From a bacterium (GTDB taxonomy: Bacteria; SAR324; NAC60-12): DNA of 64,000 nucleotides. Position numbers and translations under genes: made by a program. This document shows, piece by piece, positions 49,049-60,517 of this stretch. Below the pieces are notes generated by a model. That model did not search any database, was not told the DNA's origin, and was given only the letters and a program-made list of their open reading frames with translations. Location of the stretch: the NCBI GenBank assembly GCA_965209155.1, contig OZ242383.1, forward strand, positions 2,848,001 through 2,912,000, read 5' to 3'. Each line of letters begins with the position of its first letter. The stretch's first letter is position 1.

Positions 49049-49912
49049 TTAAAATTGGAATTTGATAAAATCAGTCAAGGTGATCTTCATTCCTACCGTT
49101 TTGCTGGTATCGTTGATGAGTCGTTCGATGGTCTGTTCAGGATTTTTTACAAAAGGCTGGGAAAGCAGACAGATCTCTTTTTTAAATTTTTTCATCCTGC
49201 CTGCAATCATTTTTTCGATAATATTTTCAGGTTTGCCCGAATCTCTGGCTTGAGCAACAAAAATTTCTTTTTCCTTTTCCAGCACTTTTACGGGAATTTG
49301 ATTTTCACTCACCGCTTCCACTTGAGAGGCGGCAATATGCATGGAGATGTCTTTTGCCAGGGAATCCAAAAGCGCGTGATCAACAGGATGTTCTGTTTTC
49401 AAAGCGACCAGAACACCGATTTTTCCCGTCATGTGGACATATCCTCCCACCACTCCGGAATCAACTTGCAAGGCTTTGGCATCCAAAAATTGAATGTTTT
49501 CTCCCAATTCTCCTATTGATTGCATGAGCAGGTCTTGCACCGTGCCTTCAAATTCCACCTGCTGTAGAAAAGTCTGGTTTAAAATATCGTCCACTCCTTG
49601 CTCATTCACCTGCACCGCTAGCAGGCCCAGCAAATGGCGGAATTTTTCATTTTTTGCCACAAAATCAGTCTCACATGCCACTTTCACCAAGGCAGCCATC
49701 TTTCGGTCCTTGGTTATAGCGATCCCTATACCCCCTTCCCGGGTTTCCCGTGATGATTTTTTAAGGGCTTTGACTTGACCGGTTTTTCGCAGTAGTTCTT
49801 TGGCAGCTTCCATATCCCCTTCAACTTCCACCAGGGCTTTTTTGCACTCCATCATCCCTATACCGCTGATTTCGCGCAACTCTTTTACCATACTCGCCGT
49901 AATTTGTTTCAT
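49049..49912 (-). CDS. tsf: Elongation factor Ts
   Basis: VKELRE..G.GMMECKKAL and CETDFVA motifs. Confidence 0.97.
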   Translation of the reverse strand: MKQITASMVKELREISGIGMMECKKALVEVEGDMEAAKELLRKTGQVKALKKSSRETREGGIGIAITKDRKMAALVKVACETDFVAKNEKFRHLLGLLAVQVNEQGVDDILNQTFLQQVEFEGTVQDLLMQSIGELGENIQFLDAKALQVDSGVVGGYVHMTGKIGVLVALKTEHPVDHALLDSLAKDISMHIAASQVEAVSENQIPVKVLEKEKEIFVAQARDSGKPENIIEKMIAGRMKKFKKEICLLSQPFVKNPEQTIERLINDTSKTVGMKITLTDFIKFQF

Positions 49913-49996
49913 ATCAAAATCTTTTTCCTGATTTGTAATTGTACCGGTATTTCGGATTACATCCCTTGATGGCATCTCGAACGCCGGCAGAGGTCA

Positions 49997-50887
49997 TTAA
50001 GATTCATCATCCGTATTTCCGACTTCGCTTTCCCTGTTAACCTCCTCGGATTCGATTGTACTGGTATGAAGGGTATCCCCATCGGGCTCTGCTTTCTCCC
50101 GGTTTTCATCCTTGTAGGGCTCAACCACTCCCTGCAAATGCTCTTCCGCAGGGGATGCATCTGGTTGTGGAGTGATGGCGTCATCCTGCTGACGTTGGGC
50201 TCGCATTGCTTTTCCTTCCTGGATTGCAGTGGCAATGACATTCGCATAGAGCCTGATGGCACGTGGAGCATCGTCGTTTCCCGGAATAGGATAATCAATA
50301 CCGTCTGGGTCGCAATTGGTATCGACTATCGCGATTATGGGAATATAGAGTTTTTTTGCTTCTTTGAGCGCAATATGCTCCTTTATGCAATCCACGATAA
50401 AAATAGCGCCGGGAAGCTGCTGCATTTCTTTGACGCCTCCCAGGGAGCGTTCGAGCTTTTGGCGTTTTCTTTCCATTTGCAACGCCTCCTTTTTAATCAT
50501 ACCAGGGTAAGCTCCTTCCGGTCCGGCTAACTCTTCATATTCTTTCATGCGCGAAACCGATTTGCGGATTGTTTCAAAATTCGTCAGCAAACCGCCTAGC
50601 CAACGCTCATTGATGAAAAAGCTATCGCAACGTTGAGCTTCTTCCACCAGGATATCGCGAGCCTGATCTTTTGTTCCGACAAATAAAATTGTTTTTCCTT
50701 CTCTTGATATTTTTCGGGTGTATTCGTAAGCGATTTTGAGTTTAGAGAGTGTTTGTCGCAGGTCAATGATGTGAATACCATGTTTGGCCCCGTAGATAAA
50801 AGGCTCCATTTTCGGGTTCCAACGCCGGGTTTGATGCCCAAAATGAACACCGGCTTCAATGAATTGTTTTAACGAGACAACTGCCAT
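49997..50887 (-). CDS. rpsB: 30S ribosomal protein S2 with acidic C-terminal tail
   Basis: [22 protein letters not shown] and PGNDD motifs. Confidence 0.97.
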   Translation of the reverse strand: MAVVSLKQFIEAGVHFGHQTRRWNPKMEPFIYGAKHGIHIIDLRQTLSKLKIAYEYTRKISREGKTILFVGTKDQARDILVEEAQRCDSFFINERWLGGLLTNFETIRKSVSRMKEYEELAGPEGAYPGMIKKEALQMERKRQKLERSLGGVKEMQQLPGAIFIVDCIKEHIALKEAKKLYIPIIAIVDTNCDPDGIDYPIPGNDDAPRAIRLYANVIATAIQEGKAMRAQRQQDDAITPQPDASPAEEHLQGVVEPYKDENREKAEPDGDTLHTSTIESEEVNRESEVGNTDDES

Positions 50888-51286
50888 ATTTTTATCTCCA
50901 TGCAAATGGCGCAATAAAGGATTCCTTAAGGCAGGAACGCTTCATATGGTTCTGCTGCTTCAAAAGGGTGAACATTCGATGCTTTTCCGACTGCGTTGAG
51001 AAGTGCTCTCAGCAGAAATCATCAACAAAGAAAGTATTAAATTGATAAAAAATCTTCGTCATTAATGCAAGCTTTTTCTCAATGTGAAGCGTTGCAAAAG
51101 CAGGAAAGAAAGATCTGCTTACTTGCCAGACCATAATAAAATATATTTTTTTTTAATCAGAGTCAATTTACGACTTTTGAATCCTGACGAGAAAGCGTTA
51201 CTTGACTTTCTTTTTATCAACTTATATCTATCTGATAATACAACCATATCCGAAACACAAAGGTTTCCTTTGAGGAAAGGCATGAA

Positions 51287-51814
51287 TTGAATGAAAAAAA
51301 AACTGGTACCGGCTTGAAACGGATCGCTATTTATCCCATCAGCGCCAATCCACCAACCTGGGGGCATGGAGACATTCTGAAACGAGCCGCCAATCATTTT
51401 GATCATGTTTACTGGGCTGCTGCAGTCAATACGCAGAAAAAATATCTCTTTTCTCCCGAAGAGCGTGTTCAAATGATGGAAGAGTATGTCAAGCATTATC
51501 AATTGGAAAATATTACGGTGGAGGCCTACAAAGGCAGCACGGTTCGCTATGCGGAAAAGAGAGAGGCCCAGGTTATCATTAAAGGATTGCGAAATATTAC
51601 CGACTTTCATGGAGAATTGGAACAATCAATGGGTAATCAGGGAATTAATAAATCGATTGAGACTTTTTATATATTTGCCCACCCACATTTATCGGCATTG
51701 AGTTCAAGCCTGGTCCGGGAATTAGCATTGTTGGGAGAAGATATCGGCAGCTATGTTCCCAACTCAGTGGCCGGGATGGTTGTCGAAATTTTATCACGAC
51801 AAAGTACCTGTTGA
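51287..51814 (+). CDS. coaD: Phosphopantetheine adenylyltransferase
   Basis: P..ANPPTWGH, KGLR and SSSLVRE motifs. Confidence 0.88.
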   Translation: MNEKKTGTGLKRIAIYPISANPPTWGHGDILKRAANHFDHVYWAAAVNTQKKYLFSPEERVQMMEEYVKHYQLENITVEAYKGSTVRYAEKREAQVIIKGLRNITDFHGELEQSMGNQGINKSIETFYIFAHPHLSALSSSLVRELALLGEDIGSYVPNSVAGMVVEILSRQSTC

Positions 51815-51850
51815 AGATTTTTAAAACCAAATGGTGTATAGTCTTTTGCC

Positions 51851-52570
51851 ATGAAACACCCCACCTTCTTTTCTCTTAAATGTATTATCGCTCTACCTGT
51901 CTCGATATTGCTTGCTCTTTCAGCGGTTTCGGCAAATTTCTACGATCCGACTTTTTTTAATCAGTTGAATCAGCACGCAAGAGTTCAAAACTGGTGTGGG
52001 ATCGTGGGGTCATATTCAGGAGGATCGTTGGTTGAACTTTTCGGTCCCGCAGCTTTATTTGTTCCCTGGTTTATTTTAAAGATTTCTTTTTCTTCTAAAA
52101 ACTACCTGAGTCGTATTTCCACGAGTTACGTTGCCGTTATACTCCTTTTCTCGGTTTCCATTGCGCACCAGTTGTGGTGGCCGATTTCACTGACGGAGTT
52201 AGCCAACTCGAGTTTGCTGCGATATCCAGGATATGCCGGTATAGCAGGCGCACATTGGCTTGAACTGACTTTAGGTACTGGCATGACAAATTTCCTGACA
52301 GGCGTTATTATAGTCATTTGTACGATAAAACTGTTTGACGAGCTTCCATTTAAAATGTTTATTTCGGCAGCTATCCATGTCGGTATTATCTTGCCTTCCT
52401 ATTTACTCAAGCAAATTTGGCGTTCACTGATTCAAAGGAATTCCATTGAATGGAGTGCTCTCTTTTCCTGGTTTAAACCCAACCAACCTTCATCCCTGCC
52501 GTCATTTCCTCTCGATCCCGATTCCCGGTCCGGTGATCCGATGGCAAACCGAGAGGAAACTTCTCCCTAA
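51851..52570 (+). CDS. Membrane protein resembling the FtsK N-terminal 4TM domain only
   Basis: DP...NWCG..G.....L...FG pattern; several TM helices; no ATPase domain. Confidence 0.55.
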   Translation: MKHPTFFSLKCIIALPVSILLALSAVSANFYDPTFFNQLNQHARVQNWCGIVGSYSGGSLVELFGPAALFVPWFILKISFSSKNYLSRISTSYVAVILLFSVSIAHQLWWPISLTELANSSLLRYPGYAGIAGAHWLELTLGTGMTNFLTGVIIVICTIKLFDELPFKMFISAAIHVGIILPSYLLKQIWRSLIQRNSIEWSALFSWFKPNQPSSLPSFPLDPDSRSGDPMANREETSP

Positions 52571-52621
52571 CGTATTGCGAGGAATGACCCCAGGCCGCGC
52601 GTCTTCGGATTGCGATCTTAT

Positions 52622-53017
52622 TTATTCCTCGGGAACACCCGGTCGCGGGACATGTTGGTCTATCAATATTGGGTTCCCGTCGGGGTCAAAGAAGAACATA
52701 TGTCCCACTCCCGTCCCCGATTCATCAACCTCTTGCGCGATCTCGATTCCACGCTCCTTGAACGTACGTTGGATGTCTCGCACGTCGTCGAATGCCGAAG
52801 GATGGCTGCCCGAGGCAGACCAACCGGGATTGAAGGTCAGCGTGTTCGTGTCAAACATTCCCTGGAAAAGTCCAATCGTACTTTCGCCGTTCCGAAGGAT
52901 GAGCCAGTTCTGTTCGACGTCTCCGCCGATGACCTTGAAATCGAGTTTTTCGTAAAAATCACGCGATTTCTCGATGTCCTTGACTGCAAGACTGATGGAA
53001 AATGCGCCCAGATCCAT
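52622..53017 (-). CDS. VOC/glyoxalase family protein
   Basis: LGAFSISLAVKD and DPDGNPILIDQH motifs. Confidence 0.88.
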   Translation of the reverse strand: MDLGAFSISLAVKDIEKSRDFYEKLDFKVIGGDVEQNWLILRNGESTIGLFQGMFDTNTLTFNPGWSASGSHPSAFDDVRDIQRTFKERGIEIAQEVDESGTGVGHMFFFDPDGNPILIDQHVPRPGVPEE

Positions 53018-53233
53018 AATGTCGTTCCTTTCCTTGTCGTTTGATTCATGGTTAACGAATTGGTTGTCCAACCAATTCCGCCAAAGCACTGCGTTCTAGT
53101 GAACTCGACAACGAAAGATTAATACCGTAAGATGGTAGCGAAATCAAGATGGATATATTTTTGAAAAAGCCGATATATATCGACTCTATTGAGAAGAAAT
53201 TTTCCTGAATCATCAAGTTGGAGATAGTTGACA

Positions 53234-53620
53234 ATGAAAATAAAAATGACCGGCGTATATGTAAACAACCCTCAAAATGCCTTCAGGTTTTACACAGAGG
53301 TTCTGGGATTTGTCGAGGTACAGTATAATCCGGAGGCCAATCTCGCCGTTGTGGCATCGCCTGAGGAACCCGACGGCACGGCTTTGCTTTTGGAGCCAAA
53401 TGACAATCCAATCGCCAGCGACTACCAGAAAAAACTTTACGCAACAGGACTACCTTGCATGGTTTTTTCGGTGGACGACATCGATCAAGAATATAAGAAA
53501 TTGATTGAGCTCGGAGTTGTCTTCAAAGATAAACCGGTTCAGTCGGACTATGGAATACAGGCCGTATTCGACGATACCTGTGGCAACTATATTCTACTGA
53601 TACAACTCGTTGAAAAATAA
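53234..53620 (+). CDS. VOC/glyoxalase family protein
   Basis: FYTEVLGF, LLLEP and DDTCGN motifs. Confidence 0.88.
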   Translation: MKIKMTGVYVNNPQNAFRFYTEVLGFVEVQYNPEANLAVVASPEEPDGTALLLEPNDNPIASDYQKKLYATGLPCMVFSVDDIDQEYKKLIELGVVFKDKPVQSDYGIQAVFDDTCGNYILLIQLVEK

Positions 53621-53663
53621 CAGGGAAGGTAGTGTTGTTCTGCGCAAGTGAGCCTTTTGATTA

Positions 53664-56600
53664 CTATGGATGAATGACGTTACCCAAGTATTCTCTGAGT
53701 TTGGGAGGCACTCGTTTCTGGACCAGAATCTTTTGCATTTCCCAGGCTGTTTCATTGTCTGGTTTCTTTTCAAATTGTACGGTTTTTCCTTCAAAACGGG
53801 CTACCGGTTCGCCATCACGAAACAAAATCCGGTTTCCCGGAATGGCGGGAATGCGCTTGCCGGGAGTGATGATTCCCACCAGGTTCAGCGGATCGCACGC
53901 GCTGATTGATACCAGTTCGTCCCTGGATTGTTTCCGTTTCAAGGACCGAATGACGGCGACCGCTTCGGGAAGAGCATACTGCTCCCCCCATCCGTCCACG
54001 AATCGGCCGCCTCGTACTTCCCCGCGATCTTCCATTCGCCTCATCACCCGGACGAGATCGCGCCAAGGGGGTATGCCATTCTCACGCATCAAGACGCGTT
54101 TGAAGACGACGCCGTAGCGCTTCAGCAGAATCATAACGCACTGCTCGATATCTACTTCTTCTTCAGAGCAGGATTCGATAATCGACCACCTGCCCGCAAG
54201 TTCCATCCTGAATACGGGCTTGCGACTCCGGCGGGTTCTCACTTTATGGCTTTCCGGAATGAGAAGCGCACGCAGTCCCGCAAAACTGTCACAGGTCAAT
54301 ATTCCCGCAGCAACCAATTCGGCTATGGCTCCTTCCACTTCGGTTTTAAGCATATTGGACCGGCTGAGAATATCCTGATAAAAGAGCGCGCCATCGGCTT
54401 TGAGGTATTCCAGGACCTTCCGCGCGCTTTGTGAAATAACTGGCGTGATTGATTCCGACGTTCTCAGCGGCCAGGAGCGGATAGTGTTTCGATTGGTCAA
54501 AGTGATCGGAGTGGTTCGGATAGGCGTATTTGCCGCTCTCGTACCCTGGGCCTTGAGATACCGACCCCAGATGGTTTTGCCGGAGAGACAACAGGTATCC
54601 AACCAAATGGTGTCGTAGTCTTTGACCCGCGCGGGAAGAACGTCGCTTTCCCAGGAGACGGCAGGACAAGAATATCCGTCGAGCTTGTCCAGGACTTCGT
54701 TGAGCGCCTCAGGGCCTTCTTTTCGAGTGTTCTCAGTCAGGTTGTGCCAGTTGAAGAGAAATCTCATGAAGTCCGCAGAGGAAACGGGTTTGATTTCCCT
54801 GCGAAGATTTTCCAGGGTGTACTTGTGAATACGCGCAAGTAGACGCCGTTCACACCACTCCATTTCATGGGAATCCGGTTTTTCGGGAGAGAAGTGTCCC
54901 CTGATGACCAATCCTTCAGCCTCGAGGGAGTGCAGGGCCCAATCGATCCTTTTTTCAGGAAGGTGCATATCCCTCGCGATTTGGGAGGCGGTGGCGGGAC
55001 CTAGCAATGCAATCCGTCCTCTTATGAGATCGATCAAGGCTTCTTCAGCATTTTCTGATGGAAATTCCCGGATAGTATCGGGAACCTTCATACTTTCCGG
55101 AGTGATGGATTTATCGTAGAGAACTTCAAATTGAGGAATCCTTTCAACGGCTACCCAGTGCGTGAGATCCTCCTCCAGTTCATGCGAAACGACCTGTCCG
55201 AGCGTCTCGAGAGAGATCAGAAAAGCGTGCCAGGCCTTTTCTTCGCTTTGCAAACATTCTTCATTGGTCAAAAATCCATGCATGACCAGGACGTCATAAA
55301 GTTCGTCCGCATCGTTCACGATAGGCCAAGCTTCCTGTTTCACTGCCTTGATCGCGCCTTTTTCCAATTTTCCAATATTCCTGGCGTCCTGAGGTTCAAG
55401 CCAACGGCGTGTCCTGACAGCCTGTACCCGGCGTTCTTCCAAAGGAGCGCCGTCCAGAAAAGCATAGGGTCTCGCATTGAGGATGCTTTCAGACAAGGGA
55501 GAGGGTTCCTGTAAATCCCGAACCGATACTTCGACTGCGCCTTTTTGAATTTTAGTAAAAAGACTTTCCAATTCATCAATGTCCATTGCTAGATGAAGAC
55601 AATCATGAAGGGTTTGATTGACCAGGGGATGGTTCGGTACTTGCCGGTCATCAGGTAAGTTCTCCAAGCAGGCCAGTTGGTCCGGGAAAACTTGCGCAAG
55701 CAGGTCTTCCGCATCAGACCGCTGGATCTGAGGAGCGAGTCGCTCTCCGCCCCTTCGTCTCAACACGGCCAGTGCCGTCGAGGCGTTCCAACGCCAGCGT
55801 ACCTGGAACATGGGAGCATCCAAAAGGGCCTGTACGAGAACCTCCCGGATCGTACGGGCATTCAAATAGTCTATCACTCCGTCCAGGGGGAAGCTGTGAG
55901 TCGCCCCCAGGGATAAGACCACACTCTCTTCATTGGCCGCTGCTTGGAGTTCAAAGTTGAATTTGCGACAGAATCTTTTTCGGAGGGCCAGCCCCCAAGC
56001 TCTATTCAAACGGCTTCCGAAAACCGAATGAATGACGAGGTGCATGTCCCCCACTTCGTCAAAGAATCGCTCCATGACGATATGCTTCTGGGAAGGCATT
56101 TGCCCCAGGCAGGCTTTTGTTGCAGCCAGGTAAGTGACGATCTGGTCTACGCATGCCTTATTGGTACCCACGATTTCAGACAACCAGGCTACAGCTTCCC
56201 GTTTCCATTCGTCCGAACTGTCGTCATCCAAATTTTCCAGTTTTATTCGTAAGGAAACTCCTTCTCGAATGCGGGATACCGCTGTTGAAAGTTCAGCAGA
56301 CCTGCCTGGAGCCTCACCAAGCCAGAACGGCATTGTGGGAGGCTGCCCCTCCGCGTCTTCAACACGGACTTTACCCGTTTCCACCTTGAGGATGCGCCAA
56401 GAGGTGTTACCAAGCTGAAAGATGTCTCCCGGGATACTCTCTATGGCGAAATCTTCATGGACAGAGCCGATCTGCACCCCCGAAGGTTCAAGACGCACGT
56501 CGTAGTCAAACTGGTCTGGAATCGTTCCTCCTGATAGCGTCGCAATGAGACGAGCGCCTTTTTTTGCCTTGAGAAGGCGAGTCAGCGGATTGAACCTGAG

Positions 56601-57995
56601 GTAAGACCTCCGCGTCCCTCTCCTGAAAGTGAATCCATCAACCAACATCCGGATCACCTCGAAATACTCCTCCTTGCTTAAATTCCGATAGAGGTACGAC
56701 CTGCGGATGATTTCTAAGAGCGCATCAGCGGTGTAGTCCTCACAAGCCACTTCTGCCACGATCTGTTGAGCAAGGACATCGAGTGGTTTCTCGGGAACGA
56801 GAAGGGTATCCAAATCCCCCCTGCGCACACAGTCCAGAAGCGCAACGGCTTCAATCAATTCGTCCTTAGTCAAAGGGTATAGCTTGCCTTTGGGGGTTGC
56901 CGCCAGAGTGTGTCCGGAACGTCCAACACGCTGAAGCAGCGCGGCAATGGACTTGGGAGAACCAATCTGAATAACCAATTCGATAGAACCTACGTCAATA
57001 CCGAGTTCGAGGGAGCCCGTTGCTACCAGTGCTCTCAGCTCTCCACATTTGAGTTTCATCTCTGCATTCAAACGTTTATCCCTCGACATGCTTCCGTGGT
57101 GCGCTGTCACGATTTCGGGACCCAACCTCGTGGTCAGGTGATGTGAGAGGCGTTCTGCCATCGCCCGGGTGGGAACGAAAATCAAAGTGGTGCGATGGTC
57201 CAAAATGGTGTTTTCCAGTTTCTCGTGGATTTCTTCCCAAACTTCATTCGCCATAACCGCACTGAGTGGGGACCCCGGAAGCTCAATATCAAGATCCAAT
57301 TCACGGCGATGGCCGATGTTTAGAATTTCACAGGGCTTCACACCCCCCGTCAAATAATCGGCCATCCGTTCAATGGGCTTTTGGGTGGCAGAAATGCCGA
57401 TGCGATGGAGCGAATTCCGACTGAGGCGCGCCAATCTTTCTACAGAGAGAGAAAGGTGAGCACCGCGCTTGTTACCAGCGATAGCATGGATTTCATCGAC
57501 AATGAGCGTGTTTACTTCGCTGAGCATTTCCCTGCCACCTTTGTTTGTGAGAAGAAGATAGAGAGATTCGGGAGTCGTCACCAGGATGTGAGGCGGTTTT
57601 TTATTCATTTTGATCCGCTCCTGACTGGGCGTATCGCCCGTCCGCACCATGGCGCGCACGTCAGCATGGGGACGTCCGGTTTTTGCCAGAATGGATTTTA
57701 TACCTTCAAGAGGAACCTGTAGATTGCGATGAATGTCGTTACTGAGAGCTTTTAAGGGGGATACATAGACGACTTGAGTTTTATCCGCTAAAGATCCATC
57801 GAGGCTGCGTTCAAACAGATTGTTCATCACCGAAAGAAATGCCGCGAGCGTTTTTCCGGAACCTGTAGGCGCCGACATCAAAACGTCTTTTTTCCGAAAA
57901 ATTTCTGGCCACGCCAACAACTGGATTTCAGATGGACTGGAAAAATTCTCAGTGAACCATTCTCGAACAACAGCATGGAAATTATTCAAAGGCAT
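53664..57995 (-). CDS. lhr: Lhr-family ATP-dependent DEAD/H helicase
   Basis: APTGSGKT, SPLKAL, DEIH, SAT and QRVGRSGH motifs; C-terminal RGGRFV..GEQYA. Confidence 0.9.
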   Translation of the reverse strand: MPLNNFHAVVREWFTENFSSPSEIQLLAWPEIFRKKDVLMSAPTGSGKTLAAFLSVMNNLFERSLDGSLADKTQVVYVSPLKALSNDIHRNLQVPLEGIKSILAKTGRPHADVRAMVRTGDTPSQERIKMNKKPPHILVTTPESLYLLLTNKGGREMLSEVNTLIVDEIHAIAGNKRGAHLSLSVERLARLSRNSLHRIGISATQKPIERMADYLTGGVKPCEILNIGHRRELDLDIELPGSPLSAVMANEVWEEIHEKLENTILDHRTTLIFVPTRAMAERLSHHLTTRLGPEIVTAHHGSMSRDKRLNAEMKLKCGELRALVATGSLELGIDVGSIELVIQIGSPKSIAALLQRVGRSGHTLAATPKGKLYPLTKDELIEAVALLDCVRRGDLDTLLVPEKPLDVLAQQIVAEVACEDYTADALLEIIRRSYLYRNLSKEEYFEVIRMLVDGFTFRRGTRRSYLRFNPLTRLLKAKKGARLIATLSGGTIPDQFDYDVRLEPSGVQIGSVHEDFAIESIPGDIFQLGNTSWRILKVETGKVRVEDAEGQPPTMPFWLGEAPGRSAELSTAVSRIREGVSLRIKLENLDDDSSDEWKREAVAWLSEIVGTNKACVDQIVTYLAATKACLGQMPSQKHIVMERFFDEVGDMHLVIHSVFGSRLNRAWGLALRKRFCRKFNFELQAAANEESVVLSLGATHSFPLDGVIDYLNARTIREVLVQALLDAPMFQVRWRWNASTALAVLRRRGGERLAPQIQRSDAEDLLAQVFPDQLACLENLPDDRQVPNHPLVNQTLHDCLHLAMDIDELESLFTKIQKGAVEVSVRDLQEPSPLSESILNARPYAFLDGAPLEERRVQAVRTRRWLEPQDARNIGKLEKGAIKAVKQEAWPIVNDADELYDVLVMHGFLTNEECLQSEEKAWHAFLISLETLGQVVSHELEEDLTHWVAVERIPQFEVLYDKSITPESMKVPDTIREFPSENAEEALIDLIRGRIALLGPATASQIARDMHLPEKRIDWALHSLEAEGLVIRGHFSPEKPDSHEMEWCERRLLARIHKYTLENLRREIKPVSSADFMRFLFNWHNLTENTRKEGPEALNEVLDKLDGYSCPAVSWESDVLPARVKDYDTIWLDTCCLSGKTIWGRYLKAQGTRAANTPIRTTPITLTNRNTIRSWPLRTSESITPVISQSARKVLEYLKADGALFYQDILSRSNMLKTEVEGAIAELVAAGILTCDSFAGLRALLIPESHKVRTRRSRKPVFRMELAGRWSIIESCSEEEVDIEQCVMILLKRYGVVFKRVLMRENGIPPWRDLVRVMRRMEDRGEVRGGRFVDGWGEQYALPEAVAVIRSLKRKQSRDELVSISACDPLNLVGIITPGKRIPAIPGNRILFRDGEPVARFEGKTVQFEKKPDNETAWEMQKILVQKRVPPKLREYLGNVIHP

Positions 57996-58217
57996 TCAGA
58001 ATTCCCGGCTCGAGATTTGAGGGTATGGAAAAAACATATCGAGGAGATAGAATCAGTCTTCGATTCAGGATAAAAGGCACGGCGGTCAATGCTGCTCGAC
58101 GAAGCCCGGCAGGACAGGACCGACCATTCAATTTCAATGTTTCAGGTTCTTGTTAGATTCACGACCTGTCTTTTGATACCTGGGCAAGAATCAATAGTCA
58201 AGCCTGTGAGTAGTTCG

Positions 58218-59700
58218 GGGTGTAATTAAAAGTGTGGGGCAGAGAGAAATAGCTGGACATGTGCTTTAAGTATTTTGAAAGTAGGAGTGTATTCGAATGA
58301 TTGACCTTCAAACAGGAGTTGAAAATGTCAAAATGCTTAGGTTACTCAGAACTAAGGGAAGGTGACGAGTCATCTTTTTCATTAGCAGAACGGCTGTCGA
58401 AATATCCTCACCTGCGCCATCGGATGGAATCCATTCTGGGGATTATCGAAAATGACGATGGGAGTTGCCAAACAGCCGATGAGGCTGAGAGGCGGACGAT
58501 TGAAGAAGTGCGTAAATTAGGTCAGGAAGTGCTTCAAGGCTGGTTGGGCCATCAGTCCGATATAAAAGAAGCAGAGTCTTCTCAAAAAGCGGATCTGATC
58601 CGAGATGGTAAAAAAAAATATATTGGCACAGCACCTTTGGTCCCATTGGAATCGAAGAACTTGTTTTCAGGGAAGGACGGCGAGGAAAAAGACAGAGACC
58701 CTTGAGTGCCTCGATTGGGGTTCAGTGCCAAGGTTATTCAGAGCCTCTGCAGCGAGCGATGGTGGATTTTGGGGCCGATGTCTCCTTTGCAGCAGCGAGC
58801 CAGAAACTCAAGGAGCATTATGGCATTGACATTCCTTCCAGCAGTATTCGAGCGCGAACCCTCCATCACAGTCAGAGATGTTTCTCCCTGAAAGAAGAGC
58901 AGCAGTCCAGCAGGGAGGCCAGTGGGGCGGGGGTGGTGATAGTGCAAAGTGATGGCACCATGGTGCCTCTGGTAGAGACGGCAGACTCTACTTTTACGGG
59001 GGATCGCAGAAAAACGCGTCAAGTGAGTTGGAAAGAAGGGATTACCTCCTTAGCCTATGCTCGAGGAAGTGTCGACTCCATTTATGCTGGAACCTTGAAC
59101 GGCAGAGATGAAGCGGGTTTTCAAATGAAAGAGGTCGCGCTTAAAGCGGGACTGGGAAAGCAGACGAAGATTCATGCTTTAGGGGATGGAGCCCCTTGGA
59201 TCTGTGAAAAAATCGAAACTCATTTTGGCGCTCAGGCGAACTATCTCATCGATTTTTATCATCTCTGTGATTATCTTGGTGCAGCCTGCCAAGCCGCTTT
59301 TGAAGACGGCTCACCGTTCCTGAAAAAGCAGAAGCAAATCTTGAAAAAAGGAGGAGCTGACAGCGTGTTAGAGCAATTTATATCCAGGCAAGAATCCGAA
59401 TCTATTCCCAATGAAAAGGCCCCCATTCGCGCTTTGGTACGTTACATGAAAAATCGTCCCGGACAGTTTGAATACAAAACAGCTATTGATCAACAACTCC
59501 CTATCGGCTCTGGAAAAATTGAAAGCGCCCATCGTTCCCTCATCCAAAAAAGGCTCAAACTCCCTGGCGCTTGGTGGAAAAAACAACATGCCGATCAGAT
59601 GATTCAACTCAGGGTGGTAAGAGCCAATGGAAAATGGGATTGTTATTGGCAACAACTTCAAAGGGCTTAATTGAAATGCCCCTCACTTTTAATTACACCC
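58218..59700 (+). mobile_element. ISKra4-family insertion sequence
   Basis: TIR GGGTGTAATTAAAAGTG; 9-bp TSD AGTAGTTCG. Confidence 0.92.
58325..59670 (+). CDS. ISKra4 transposase in two frames, joined by a -1 shift at an A9 run (58610-58618)
   Basis: The -1 frame continues KIYWHSTFG.. into DG, GDGAPWI, DFYH and IGSGKIES motifs. Confidence 0.85.
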
Positions 59701-60162
59701 AGTAGTTCGCAATCCCATGGTCAACATCGCGGACTGCAAGAGTCCTTTCTCATCTTTGATTTTTGCCAGACAATTGAATCCCGGTATGTTTTGATCATCA
59801 AAAGCTCTCCATTCATCTAATCAGGCAATAACTCCCCCTCAAAAAAACAAATACCGCAGTCACCTTTGTGCCTTTGTGTCTGGCTGGAAAATGTTTCATG
59901 AATCTCAAATGGAACTCTCATTGCAAAATTTGTTCACCTAACATCAGTTATTTGTTAGAATTCGATTGATTTCATCGAGGGGGATAATGGAGGAGCAAAT
60001 ACTGGAAAATCGAGTAACCCTATAAAAGCGTTTATTGAGCAAATGGCAACCCAAGAGGACTTGGCTCATCCAGGAACAGAAATAGTTCGCCCAGGAAGGA
60101 GGACTGGTTCTTAATTGACGAAAACCTGAATAGCACTGGAAGAGTCCCTGGAAAACAGAATT

Positions 60163-60495
60163 ATGAACATTTTTCCCTACCATTCTCGTTTAATCCGGCG
60201 TCAACACTATTGGTGGCAAGCACCAGAAGTTTTATTCTCTCCACAATATGCTTTGCGTACCGTGTTATTCGCCGTTTTTCTGATTTCCATCGGCTGTTTG
60301 TTATATATCTGGCAGTGGACCAGTTACCTGCAACTCGGGTATCGAATGCAAGCGCTGCGAAAAGAAAAAAACACGGTAGAACAACGCATAGCGCTTTTGG
60401 AAATAGAAGTGAACTATTTGACACGACCCGAGCGCCTGGACCAAATTGCCACAACCCGGTTGAATATGCACCTTCCTTCCCCAGACCAGCGTTAG
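60163..60495 (+). CDS. ftsL: Cell division protein FtsL-like
   Basis: One TM helix plus coiled coil; ERLDQIA..L.M..P motif; upstream of ftsI. Confidence 0.8.
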   Translation: MNIFPYHSRLIRRQHYWWQAPEVLFSPQYALRTVLFAVFLISIGCLLYIWQWTSYLQLGYRMQALRKEKNTVEQRIALLEIEVNYLTRPERLDQIATTRLNMHLPSPDQR

Positions 60496-60517
60496 ATTTT
60501 AAATCGCACAGTCCCCG

